22,408 nucleotides of DNA, taken from assembly GCA_016840465.1 (NCBI GenBank), contig JAEOSH010000037.1, positions 1-22,408 of the forward strand, written 5' to 3'. Source of the DNA: Candidatus Baldrarchaeum yapensis. Lineage in GTDB: Archaea > Asgardarchaeota > Baldrarchaeia > Baldrarchaeales > Baldrarchaeaceae. Shown here in pieces: positions 1 to 9,014 of this stretch (the stretch's first letter is position 1; every line of letters starts with the position of its first letter). Under the pieces are notes generated by a model. The model saw nothing but the letters and a program-made list of their open reading frames with translations, had not been told where the DNA came from and searched no databases. The translations under genes were made by a program, and so were the position numbers.

Positions 1-19
1 AGATGTGTATAAGAGACAG
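1..19 (+). other. Tn5 mosaic end / Nextera adapter remnant (library artefact)
   Basis: Bases 1-19 are AGATGTGTATAAGAGACAG, the exact 19-bp Tn5 mosaic end, at the very start of the window. Confidence 0.97.
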
Positions 20-304
20 CTTTTGTAGTATTAAGCCTTAGCTTCTATAACATTTTTCCACAGCCTTATGTTTAGGTCTCCAAGGCGAAAACCAATCATA
101 TAAGCCTTTACGCACTTGTCACCGTTAAATATAGGATATTTCCTTTTTCCAAATTTTGCTGAATGCCAATCCCTCGTAGGAATATTGAGTTTTTTCCCAC
201 CTATAGACAGTTGTTTTCCTAACTCCAAATTTTTCGGCAATCTCTCTTAATGAGAGATTTCTCTTCCAATAAAGTTCATATAGCTTATCTTTAAGTTCTT
301 TCAT
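20..304 (-). pseudogene. Frameshifted, truncated HTH + LAGLIDADG-like protein
   Basis: ATG at 304 reads MKELKDKLYELYWKRNLSLREIAEKFGVRKTTVYRW (HTH). The frame then shifts at about 196 into KKLNIPTR...KAYMIGFRLGDLNI (LAGLIDADG-like helix). A second shift at about 39 gives RLNTTK, which runs into the adapter. Confidence 0.6.
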
Positions 305-497
305 TGTTCATCAATTCTCCCTAATTCTTGTTGCAACATTCCGACTTTTCCTGAGATCGCTTTATACTCACAAAAATACTTAAAAGTCACTTAAACCGTA
401 AACTGCTTCAGAACCCTTATTTCCCTCTCCAGTCTTATTTTCTTCACCCTCGGTGATAACACCCCCAATTTTCGAAACAACAAAGACAGGGGTAAGC

Positions 498-3173
498 ATG
501 GGACTGCTGAAAATTGCCATTAGAAACGTTAAAAGAAGGAAGATACGATCGGCTATTGCAGTACTTGGTGTCGTTCTTGCGGTCTCGCTGATCATTGCGG
601 TCAATGTAGTTGTGGATTCCCTCACCGTGGGTCTCGTGGAGGCATATACCGGGTACCTTGGAGGGTATGACGCATTTATAACCAGAAGGGGAGACTTTGG
701 GGTCTTCAATTCCAGTGTCCTCATCGAAAACATATCTAGGATCGAGGATGTGAACCTCACCGTCCCAATATTCCTATACCGATGTGTCGCATACAGCATT
801 TATGGCAAAAAAGTGGGAGTTGCAGTCTTAGGGTTAAATCATACCTGCGGAGTGAGTGTCTTAGGAGCGGAAATCATAGAGGGAAGTTTTCTCTCATCCA
901 GCAATGCATGTATTCTTCCTAAGGATCTCGCCGCAGACCTGAGAGTATCCGTCGGAGATTCCCTCTTGCTCGAAGTTTTCTCGTTCAAGAGCATGAGATA
1001 CGAAAATGTAACCGTGACGGTCGCCGGAATAATAAGCACGCCCGAAGGGATGCCAATCACCCTCAGAAGATTTGTTTTACTTGACGTTTCATTCCTACAG
1101 AACATGACTGGAGTTTTATGGGGGGATGCTAACATCATTCTTGTTAGATTTGACCAGTCGATCATCGATTATGATAATATTGATGCGACGGTCGCACATA
1201 TGGTAGACATTGGATGCAAGATTCAAGATACTATTGGATTTAACTTTTCCGTCCACCTGATAAAGGCATCACTGTTGGAGAACATCAAGGACGCAATTGC
1301 CATGCAACGCGCAATATTTCTGACATTTACGATGATATCTGTGATAATGGCAATCATACTGGTCATGTCGACAATGCTCATGAACATCACCGAGAGGGTG
1401 CGGGAAATCGGCATCATTAGGTCACTTGGAGCGACAAAATCGCAGATATTCGCGATGGTGCTGATGGAGTCATTGATACTGGGAGTTATTGGAACAATGA
1501 TAGGCTTAGCGGCAGGGCTTATGGTCAGCAGGGTTCTGGTACAACCTATAGTTTCGAACGGAATGATAACCGTACAAATCACCTTCAGACATTATCATCT
1601 CCTATATGGCGGCGTACTTGGAGTACTGATCAGTAGCATGGGTGGAATCTATCCTGCGTACTCGGCGTCCAGAATAACCCCCGTGGAGGCGTTGTCTCCC
1701 TCTGCAAGAAGGGCAACGATCACAGAAGAGGAGTTTAAAAGGCGAAAGAAAGACGTCAATATAAGTCTTCTACTTGGAGGTATCTCTCTATTCGCACTGA
1801 TGAGTTTCCTGATATTCTTCATTCCTATAGTCACCTTTTATGGAACACCCATAATATTCATGCTCCTGATATTCGTGTCCTTAGGCTCGGTACTTCTCGG
1901 CCTCACACTCGTAATGGTGGCCATCCTCCCACTAATGGTCACGGGGATCGCGAAACTTTTAAGAAAAATCTGGAAAGTGGAGGCGCTAATTTCAGGGCGT
2001 AATTTGCTGAGATATGGGAGGAGAACTAAGATAACGTTCTTCATGCTCTCAATGTCCATAGCGTTCATCCTGCTGATAGGCAACATAACAACAATAAGTC
2101 TAGCAACCTCAGAAGTGAGCATGAGAGCGCATATAGGCTCCGACATTGTAATCTACCCGCGTCAGCCTGTACACTTGACAGTATGCAATAACATAAGCGA
2201 ATTGGAAGGTGTTGTGTCCGTATGCCCCATCACATCGCCACTAACCGTAAAAGCGGGTGACATTGTGCTCTACAGGCAAACCACAATAAACATCTATGGC
2301 GTCAACACATCAACGTTCCTCGAGTCTGCATTCCGTGAGTTCGTTTCCATAAACGGAATCTCTCCCGAGGACGCCATGGAAAGACTCCAAGAAAACGGAA
2401 CTATCATTATAAGTGAAGGGCTTGCGAAGTTTCTGGGAGTGGGCGTGGGGGACACGATAAGGATCGAAATTTCCCAAAAAACCATTACGTTAAAGGTCAT
2501 TGCCACCGCCAGCATGATGCCCGGATTCTCCTTCACAAAATTCGAACAGAAGGCTTCGGGGACCGATGCCATAGTTTCGCTACAAACATTTAAGAACATC
2601 AGCGGCACGCTGACGGTGGAAAGGATCCTCGTAAAGGTGAAAGAGGGCGTGGATCCGAGAAGCGTCGCCTCCTCCATCTCCAACACTATCGGAGTATACT
2701 ACGATATCGAGGTTGTAACGCTCTCGGATCTCATGGAGAGCATGAGGAAGGGTTACGAGCAGATGTTTGCCCTCTTCACATCGATACTTGTGTTTGCGGT
2801 GGTAATAGCGGTACTCGGGCATGCAATCTCGATAATAACGTCGATAGAGGAAAGAATATGGGAAATCGGGGTTATAAGGAGTATAGGGATGCAGAACTTC
2901 CAGATAATAATGTCGGCGGTGCTGGAGGCGTTCATTCTGGCGGTATGCAGCTACCTTGCGGGAATGGTGGGATCCCTCGTAATCACAGCCGAGTTCGTCC
3001 TCACAAATAACCTCACCAGCGACCTCCCCATGCCTTTCACGCTTCCATGCGCTCTTTACATCGGAATCTTCCTCCTCGTCTCAGTAACCGCCGTGATTCT
3101 TTCGGCAATCCTCTCAAGAAAAGTAACAAAAATGAGCATTATAGATGCGCTTAGGAGAGGAATGAGGCTCTAG
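498..3173 (+). CDS. ABC transporter permease, tandem MacB/FtsX-type (two extracytoplasmic domain + FtsX modules)
   Basis: Starts MGLLKIAIRNVKRRKIRS. Two FtsX signatures are present (ERVREIGIIRSLGAT and ERIWEIGVIRSIGM), with TM clusters and two large soluble loops. ATG 498 is preferred over GTG 453. Confidence 0.9.
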   Translation: MGLLKIAIRNVKRRKIRSAIAVLGVVLAVSLIIAVNVVVDSLTVGLVEAYTGYLGGYDAFITRRGDFGVFNSSVLIENISRIEDVNLTVPIFLYRCVAYSIYGKKVGVAVLGLNHTCGVSVLGAEIIEGSFLSSSNACILPKDLAADLRVSVGDSLLLEVFSFKSMRYENVTVTVAGIISTPEGMPITLRRFVLLDVSFLQNMTGVLWGDANIILVRFDQSIIDYDNIDATVAHMVDIGCKIQDTIGFNFSVHLIKASLLENIKDAIAMQRAIFLTFTMISVIMAIILVMSTMLMNITERVREIGIIRSLGATKSQIFAMVLMESLILGVIGTMIGLAAGLMVSRVLVQPIVSNGMITVQITFRHYHLLYGGVLGVLISSMGGIYPAYSASRITPVEALSPSARRATITEEEFKRRKKDVNISLLLGGISLFALMSFLIFFIPIVTFYGTPIIFMLLIFVSLGSVLLGLTLVMVAILPLMVTGIAKLLRKIWKVEALISGRNLLRYGRRTKITFFMLSMSIAFILLIGNITTISLATSEVSMRAHIGSDIVIYPRQPVHLTVCNNISELEGVVSVCPITSPLTVKAGDIVLYRQTTINIYGVNTSTFLESAFREFVSINGISPEDAMERLQENGTIIISEGLAKFLGVGVGDTIRIEISQKTITLKVIATASMMPGFSFTKFEQKASGTDAIVSLQTFKNISGTLTVERILVKVKEGVDPRSVASSISNTIGVYYDIEVVTLSDLMESMRKGYEQMFALFTSILVFAVVIAVLGHAISIITSIEERIWEIGVIRSIGMQNFQIIMSAVLEAFILAVCSYLAGMVGSLVITAEFVLTNNLTSDLPMPFTLPCALYIGIFLLVSVTAVILSAILSRKVTKMSIIDALRRGMRL

Positions 3174-3182
3174 GTGAAGGAC

Positions 3183-3866
3183 ATGGAGGATATTGTCATA
3201 GAAACCGTGAACCTCACGAAAATTTACAGACTCGGACCAGTTGAGGTTCGTGCGCTCTACGATGTAAACTTAAAAGTTAGAAGGGGAGAGATGGTCGCGG
3301 TTGTGGGACCCTCAGGCAGTGGAAAAACAACTCTCCTGAACATGATCGGAGGACTCGATAAACCCACGCGCGGGAAGGTATACATAGAGGGGATGGACAT
3401 CACGAGGATGGATGACAAAGAACTAGCGATTCTGAGGAGGAAAAAGATAGGGTTTGTCTTCCAGTTCTACAACCTGATACCAGTGCTGGACGCGTATGAA
3501 AACGTCGAACTCCCGCTGATAATAACCGGGGTGCCCGAGGAGGAGAGAAGAAGAAGGGTGGAGAGGCTCCTAAAGTTGGTCGGGCTCGAGGATAGGATGC
3601 ACCATAGGCCGGATGAGTTAAGCGGCGGGGAACAGCAGAAAGTTGCAATCGCGAGAGCCTTAGCAAATAATCCATCAATAATACTGGCGGATGAGCCCAC
3701 CGGCGACCTGGATACGGAAACCGGAATGAAGATCATGAATCTGCTCAAAGAAATATCGAGAGAGGAAAAGGTAACTGTAGTGGTTGTCACCCATGACCCG
3801 CAGGTTGCAGCCATCGCTGATAGGAGAATACACCTAAGAGATGGGAGAATAATCCGCGAGGACTAA
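3183..3866 (+). CDS. ABC transporter ATP-binding protein (LolD/MacB-type)
   Basis: Walker A GPSGSGKT, signature LSGGEQQ, Walker B IILADEPTGDLD and H-loop VTHD. An AGGTGA RBS precedes ATG 3183; GTG 3174 is the alternative start. Confidence 0.96.
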   Translation: MEDIVIETVNLTKIYRLGPVEVRALYDVNLKVRRGEMVAVVGPSGSGKTTLLNMIGGLDKPTRGKVYIEGMDITRMDDKELAILRRKKIGFVFQFYNLIPVLDAYENVELPLIITGVPEEERRRRVERLLKLVGLEDRMHHRPDELSGGEQQKVAIARALANNPSIILADEPTGDLDTETGMKIMNLLKEISREEKVTVVVVTHDPQVAAIADRRIHLRDGRIIRED

Positions 3867-3886
3867 TAGGTATTCACATGGCTGCA

Positions 3887-4042
3887 CTACACATGATCAT
3901 CAGAAAATAAGCAGAGAAGAGTGCCATTAGCGGTGCCATGCGAGGTCTTCTTCCTAATGAGTATCGCAATTGTGACAACTACAAGTCCGCCACACACGAT
4001 AGCAACAAGATACCACGGTTTTGTCACTATTGGCTTGAACCT
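3887..4042 (-). pseudogene. Possible remnant of a C-terminal membrane anchor
   Basis: The frame reads KPIVTKPWYLVAIVCGGLVVVTIAILIRKK (hydrophobic helix followed by a basic stop-transfer) with no intact upstream ORF. Confidence 0.25.
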
Positions 4043-4365
4043 TTACCTTCTCCGGTTTCTTTGTCTCAGCGATAACATGCACTCACTGGAGTTTACCCTG
4101 TTATTTTGCAACATTACGATCAGATAGCTAAGATATTGACTGCAGATATACTGTTATGAAGTGATTATGGCATCGATCCGAGCATTACGATTACCTTTAT
4201 AACTTAAAAACAGTATCTGTCCGGTGGAATCATAAAGCAGGAAATTTGCGAGGTTTAACAAATAGTAATTGTGACGAGAAAAATCCGGAATATTTCTTAA
4301 TTCTACCTAGAGTACTTTTTCGATAACTATATGAGATTGAAAGGGGCAAGGATTAGTGCCTTTAA

Positions 4366-4635
4366 TTAGGATCCGCGTACGAATCTCACCAATTCGTCCA
4401 GCATTTTTAGAAGTTGCTCGTAATCGGCACCCCACGCCATGAAGTCTGCAATTTTGTTCATATCACCGGTTCCAGAAATCTCCCCGCGATTCCACTTCTC
4501 GACAAACTCTTCAGTCGACATTGCGTACTTCTCCTCGAACTTTTTTAATCTCCTGAGTATGCGCTCTATTCTTATGATATGTCGCCGGATCTCGGAAACT
4601 TTCAGCACCCTCTGTGCTTTCACGATAACCACCAA
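4366..4635 (-). CDS. Small antitoxin-like protein
   Basis: The pattern LKKFEEKYAMSTEEFVEKWNRGEI...DFMAW resembles small archaeal/bacterial antitoxins that usually sit beside a toxin gene. Recognised by motif only. Confidence 0.6.
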   Translation of the reverse strand: MVVIVKAQRVLKVSEIRRHIIRIERILRRLKKFEEKYAMSTEEFVEKWNRGEISGTGDMNKIADFMAWGADYEQLLKMLDELVRFVRGS

Positions 4636-4866
4636 TCAGGCGGTAATCGGAATTCTGACTTTATTTTTGCACGAAGCCACTATTAAATTCTTCTTGCCAT
4701 CGGGTATGGCGCAAATGTATGGTTATGATATCCTTTTCTTCGACTTTCACAATTTCTGAGACGTCAACGGGAAGGTGAATGATTAGGCGTAATAACTAGC
4801 CCATTTAATGAGGTTGCGAGGAAAAACGAGAAATATTAGATTTAAATGATATTTGGGGAAAAGAGT

Positions 4867-5070
4867 TTATGTTTTTGATTTACACGGTATCCCAAACTTG
4901 ATGAGCTTTCCCTCTACACTTTCTATTATGTCCTTATGCTCCTTAATCTTCTTATCCAAGTCAGCAAATTCAATAGGAGGGTGTGTCTTAATGACATTGT
5001 AGCCGATCTTCGATGGAGCGATCATTTTGTTCCTGTAGTCAAATATTAGAAGTTCATGATGCTTTCCCAC
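4867..5070 (-). CDS. Hypothetical protein or gene fragment (67 aa)
   Basis: Lys/Ile-rich, protein-like composition. The frame stays open a few codons upstream of the GTG, up to a TAG at 5110-5112. No family recognised. Confidence 0.3.
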   Translation of the reverse strand: MGKHHELLIFDYRNKMIAPSKIGYNVIKTHPPIEFADLDKKIKEHKDIIESVEGKLIKFGIPCKSKT

Positions 5071-5228
5071 AAAGATTGCGCCTCTGGCCTCAATTTTTCC
5101 CTCAGTTTGCTAACGCTCACTGAAACGACCGGGTCTGAAAACAGTTTTCGGTTTAAGTAATTTTCAGGGGTATTTTTGTGATTTTTGAGTAATGTAAGCC
5201 CTCTTAGCACCACCAATAAAAGAAATGT

Positions 5229-5242
5229 GGAAAGTTTAAATA
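5229..5242 (+). promoter_or_regulatory. Archaeal BRE-TATA promoter (GGAAAG-TTTAAATA)
   Basis: A purine-rich BRE sits directly before TTTAAATA (5235-5242), about 25-30 nt upstream of a GC-rich tract with no credible + strand ORF. Confidence 0.65.
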
Positions 5243-5270
5243 GTATCGCTCCATTACTTGGTTAGAACGA

Positions 5271-5325
5271 GGCCGATGAGGATGACGAGGCTGATAAGTA
5301 CCTGATGAACTCGCTTCGCCGAACC
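5271..5325 (+). ncRNA. Putative box C/D guide sRNA
   Basis: C-like CCGATGA (5273-5279), 11-nt spacer, D' CTGA (5291-5294), C' TGATGA (5303-5308), 10-nt spacer, D CCGA (5319-5322). The order and spacing are canonical, and it lies just downstream of a TATA box. Confidence 0.6.
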
Positions 5326-5412
5326 AGTCCCATGAGCGGGCAACCGCACGGGATGGGCCGGGTAGGGGGGGACGGAATGATCGGGAGCCGTGATGACCCA
5401 CTTGGCGGCCGA
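5324..5412 (+). ncRNA. Putative second C/D-type or structured RNA module, co-transcribed with the first
   Basis: GCGG-GCAA-CCGC GNRA hairpin; ATGA (5377-5380) + CGG/CCG mini-hairpin + GTGATGA (5390-5396); then a 12-nt spacer and CCGA (5409-5412). The tract is GC-rich within AT-rich surroundings. Confidence 0.4.
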
Positions 5413-5517
5413 AAATTGCTTCAAATTGCCGAATGTTACCAAGTGGGAGAACGGTGATAATTTGATGATTGACCACCCAAAAACTTTTGTGCTGTTGGCA
5501 ACAGTCAACAACTAATA

Positions 5518-5853
5518 TCACCTTAAGTTCAACCTTTTAAGTAACTCCTCGGCTCTTTTTGCCCCTCTTTTTCCAATACTTTCCACCCAGTCGCTCCACT
5601 GCCTACAATATTCTGCTATTTCCTCATCAACATCACGTAATAGATCAAATATCACGTTACGTAGCGACTCGTCGTAAGAACATAGCGAAAGAGCGGCAGA
5701 ACATATTTTCTGAAAAATAAAAGCCTTATTTGTCTCTGCTTTTTTCGTTTCCATTACCAATTTTCTGAATTCCGATTTAAACTCCTCTCGGGATATATTC
5801 CCCTTGATACACTTAATTATTAGTGACCTTACTCTGTACCCGAGCCCTTCCAT
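5518..5853 (-). CDS. Hypothetical helical protein (about 111 aa)
   Basis: A GGTGA RBS precedes ATG 5853 (GTG 5865 is an alternative). Charged, helical composition; no family recognised. Confidence 0.65.
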   Translation of the reverse strand: MEGLGYRVRSLIIKCIKGNISREEFKSEFRKLVMETKKAETNKAFIFQKICSAALSLCSYDESLRNVIFDLLRDVDEEIAEYCRQWSDWVESIGKRGAKRAEELLKRLNLR

Positions 5854-6074
5854 GCGGATCACCACATCATGGATCTTATGTCGTCCAATGGGTATACATA
5901 ATTATTGTATGACGATTTGTATTTTCACTTTTATGTCGGTACTAATGATGAACTCCCGTGGCACTTGCCCCATTCACATAAACTATTGGGATTTGCTTAA
6001 AAGGAGATAGAGAGATTTTTGAGAAGGACGCCTCTAAGTGTCCACAATCTGCAAAACCTATACGGTGAAATGGC

Positions 6075-7661
6075 GTGGATGACGAGGCGGTAATTATCAG
6101 AACCGCGAGGGGCGCAGGCGCTCTTTCGGCACAGAGCATAATAACCTCCCTCATGGGAACAGCATTTTTCATGATGATGGCGAGGATTCTATCAAAAGCA
6201 GAAATGGGAATTTATAACGCGGTTTTTCTGATATCCACGATATTATCTGTAGCATCGCTACTTGGAATGGATTTTGCCACCATGCGTTATATCTCCTATT
6301 ATAATGGTAAGAATGACCCTCTGAACAAAGCCCTAACCTATAGGATAGTGTTCACGGTAGCAGGGCTTTCGGCATGTGTGGTGGCAGGCACTCTCGCCGC
6401 AATATCGGTTCCTTTGTCGGAATTCCTATTTGGAACGAGAGAGTACGCATTTTACATACTAATAGCAGCAATCTTGGTTCTGACGAATGCGATATCGCTT
6501 TTGTTGCTTAATGTGCTATTCGGGTTGCAAAAGTATTATCATGCGGCGGCGTACAGGGTGGTGGCGCAGGGGATTCGCATTACAATCTCAGTGATGCTTC
6601 TTCTATGGGGACTGGGAATACTGGCCGTGCTGATGGGGTGGATGGCCTTTTATCTGGTGTTGATATTTGCAAGTCTTCCCATATTCATCGATGACTTTTT
6701 GGGATTAAAAAGGCATATTCAGAACGTTTCTAGTGATCCTGAGGTATCTGTCGGGAAGATCCTGCATTTTTCCCTCCCGATAGTGAGTTACCAAGTAATT
6801 GTGATGCTTACGTCATCTCTCGATCAGTTCATCCTATTAAAGCTTGCAAATGCGCAAGCTTTGGGTTCCTATACCGTTGCGGTGACCGCAGCATCGATTG
6901 TGTCGATAATAATGGTCACGCCAATAGTCTCAACCCTGTTGCCCGGGTTCAGTGAAACAATGGGACGTATCGGCGAGGAACAGGTTATTAGTTCTCTGAA
7001 GTTGGCGACTCGATACATAAACCTGGTATTCATACCATCGTGCATCGGTATTGCAATTCTATCTCCCCCGTTGGTTATCCTACTTGGAGGATCGAAATAT
7101 CTGGATGCCGCACTTCCGCTGACAATAATATCCCTCGGGGCGATAACGTGCGGTACAAGTGCGGCAATAGCGGCCGCATTTCTGGCAACTGGGCGAACAT
7201 CTGACGTGTTTGTAGCATACATTACTGGATCGGGCATTGAGATGGTATCAACGATGATCTTCGTGCCGATCTGGGGAACAACGGGAGCCGCACTGGGTCG
7301 TGCACTTATGTTTACAACTATCTTTGCGATATTAATGGTGCTGTGCTTGAAGAGGTTGCGAGGAGCCATAGATACGAGAACATCCATGAAGAGTCTGATA
7401 GCATCTGCTGTCATGACGCCCGCGGTGTATGTTATTGCGGTCATGACCGGCTACCAGTTAATGATGCTTCCATTGTACCTGTTGGTGGGGGTATGCTCCT
7501 ACGCTCTGCCTCTACTTCTTATGAGGACGATAGAGTTCTCCGATATAGAGTTCTTTTGCAAAGTGGTGCCGATGGGCAGAATCTTCCTTGCGATCTTCGA
7601 AAAATATTACTATGGGAATTCTGCTGTTTCGAGGATTCTCAGAAAGTTCATTCCCCGATGA
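6075..7661 (+). CDS. Oligosaccharide flippase (Wzx/RfbX-like, MOP superfamily)
   Basis: About 13-14 TM helices. Motifs ARILSKAEMGIY, LDQFILLKL...LGSYTVA and PIWGTTGAAL. Confidence 0.85.
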   Translation: MDDEAVIIRTARGAGALSAQSIITSLMGTAFFMMMARILSKAEMGIYNAVFLISTILSVASLLGMDFATMRYISYYNGKNDPLNKALTYRIVFTVAGLSACVVAGTLAAISVPLSEFLFGTREYAFYILIAAILVLTNAISLLLLNVLFGLQKYYHAAAYRVVAQGIRITISVMLLLWGLGILAVLMGWMAFYLVLIFASLPIFIDDFLGLKRHIQNVSSDPEVSVGKILHFSLPIVSYQVIVMLTSSLDQFILLKLANAQALGSYTVAVTAASIVSIIMVTPIVSTLLPGFSETMGRIGEEQVISSLKLATRYINLVFIPSCIGIAILSPPLVILLGGSKYLDAALPLTIISLGAITCGTSAAIAAAFLATGRTSDVFVAYITGSGIEMVSTMIFVPIWGTTGAALGRALMFTTIFAILMVLCLKRLRGAIDTRTSMKSLIASAVMTPAVYVIAVMTGYQLMMLPLYLLVGVCSYALPLLLMRTIEFSDIEFFCKVVPMGRIFLAIFEKYYYGNSAVSRILRKFIPR

Positions 7662-8628
7662 GAGCAATTGTCCTAGATACGCTGGCCTCTGGGATTATAT
7701 GCGTGCCTGTCTTGCCCTCCAGAGCCTCGACCCCCTTTTCTATTGACGATATTATCACCTTTTTCCCGCCGTTTCTGAGAAACTCTATGGCGGCCAGTAT
7801 CTTGGGGCCCATGCTTCCCGGCGGGAAGTGCCCCTCTTCGTAGTATCTGATCGCGTCCTCGACCGTCATCAGGTCGAGGAACCTCTGATTCGGTTTCCCG
7901 AAGTTTAGGGCGACTTTCTCAACATCGGTTAGTATCAGCATGATGTCCGCCTTTATTACCTCCGCGAGTTTTGCGCTTGCAAGATCTTTGTCAACGACGG
8001 CCTCAACGCCCTCCAACTCTCCGTTTACGTCTCTAACCACCGGAATTCCACCGCCGCCCGCCGCTATTACTATCGCGCCCATATCAACTAGGTGTTTCAC
8101 GGTGACGCCCTCTAAAATTGCGATGGGCCTAGGAGATGGGACAACCCTGCGCCACCCTCTTCCCGAGTCTTCCTTCATTTTCCAACCGCGGAGTTTCATC
8201 AACTCCTCTGCTTCCTCTTTAGAATAAAACCTACCTATGGGTTTCGAGGGATTTTCGAACTCGGGATCGTTCTTATCGACAAGGACCCGTGTGATCACGC
8301 TCACGACTGGTTTCTTTATGCCTGCTCTCCAGAGTTCGTTTTGGAGGGCCTGCGATATCATATATCCCAACATTCCCTGACTTTCCGCCACACATACGTC
8401 AAGCGGCATCTGTGGAACCTGATCCCTCGCAATTTCATTCTGCAGGAGAATATTTCCGACCTGCGGTCCATTTCCATGAGTTATTACAACTTCGTGCCCC
8501 ATCTTTATTATTTCGACGATTTGCTTGCATACCCCTCTGACGTTTCGCATTTGCTCGTCGAACTCTCCCCTCTGTCCCTTTTTGAGGATGGCATTGCCTC
8601 CGAGAGCGATGAGAATACGGGCGCACAT
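7648..8628 (-). CDS. arcC: Carbamate kinase (or carbamate kinase-like carbamoyl-phosphate synthetase)
   Basis: IALGGNAI, ITHGNGPQVG, KPIGRFY, GWRRVVPSPRP, AGGGGIPV, VEAVVDKDLAS, GSMGPKI. Confidence 0.97.
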   Translation of the reverse strand: MCARILIALGGNAILKKGQRGEFDEQMRNVRGVCKQIVEIIKMGHEVVITHGNGPQVGNILLQNEIARDQVPQMPLDVCVAESQGMLGYMISQALQNELWRAGIKKPVVSVITRVLVDKNDPEFENPSKPIGRFYSKEEAEELMKLRGWKMKEDSGRGWRRVVPSPRPIAILEGVTVKHLVDMGAIVIAAGGGGIPVVRDVNGELEGVEAVVDKDLASAKLAEVIKADIMLILTDVEKVALNFGKPNQRFLDLMTVEDAIRYYEEGHFPPGSMGPKILAAIEFLRNGGKKVIISSIEKGVEALEGKTGTHIIPEASVSRTIALIGE

Positions 8629-9014
8629 GAACGACCCTCACAAATACAGGTATAATGGGAGTAATACTATGCGCGAGCGATGATATAAGTGTAATTTTTG
8701 GAACATTTTCCCGCAATTTTATTACATTCGTAACTTCCGGGTTTTCCGTGAGTAGCACTTATCTCTGATAATAAACGAAAATCGAGCGCTGTATCCGGGA
8801 AAATTACCAGAAGTAACCACCGTTAACAACACTTCTTGTTGCTCACCTTCCAATTTTCGTGCCCTATGGAGTAACAATTACGAGAAAAATTCTCGCCACA
8901 TCCGTAATTCTTGATTGAAAGGCTAAATTATGTTCGCAGGACAATGAATAAAGTGGGGTATGAGCCGGAAGATTTTTTGTGTTCACGGGACAACTTCAAG
9001 GAAGAGGTGTCGGG

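Noticed and set aside
1-19. IS50/Tn5 element end
   Set aside because: It is the engineered hyperactive mosaic end at the contig terminus, with no transposase or second end.
4661-4795. AbrB/SpoVT-like remnant (LIIHLPVDVSEIVKVEEKDIITIHL) upstream of the antitoxin-like gene
   Set aside because: A 44-codon frame with no good start; the resemblance is too weak to support.
5302-5323. Hammerhead ribozyme (CTGATGA...GAA)
   Set aside because: There is no convincing stem II or GAAA core, and the C'/D box reading explains it better.
5325-5360. 5S rRNA, SRP RNA or RNase P fragment
   Set aside because: Only short word resemblances; the length and conserved motifs do not fit.
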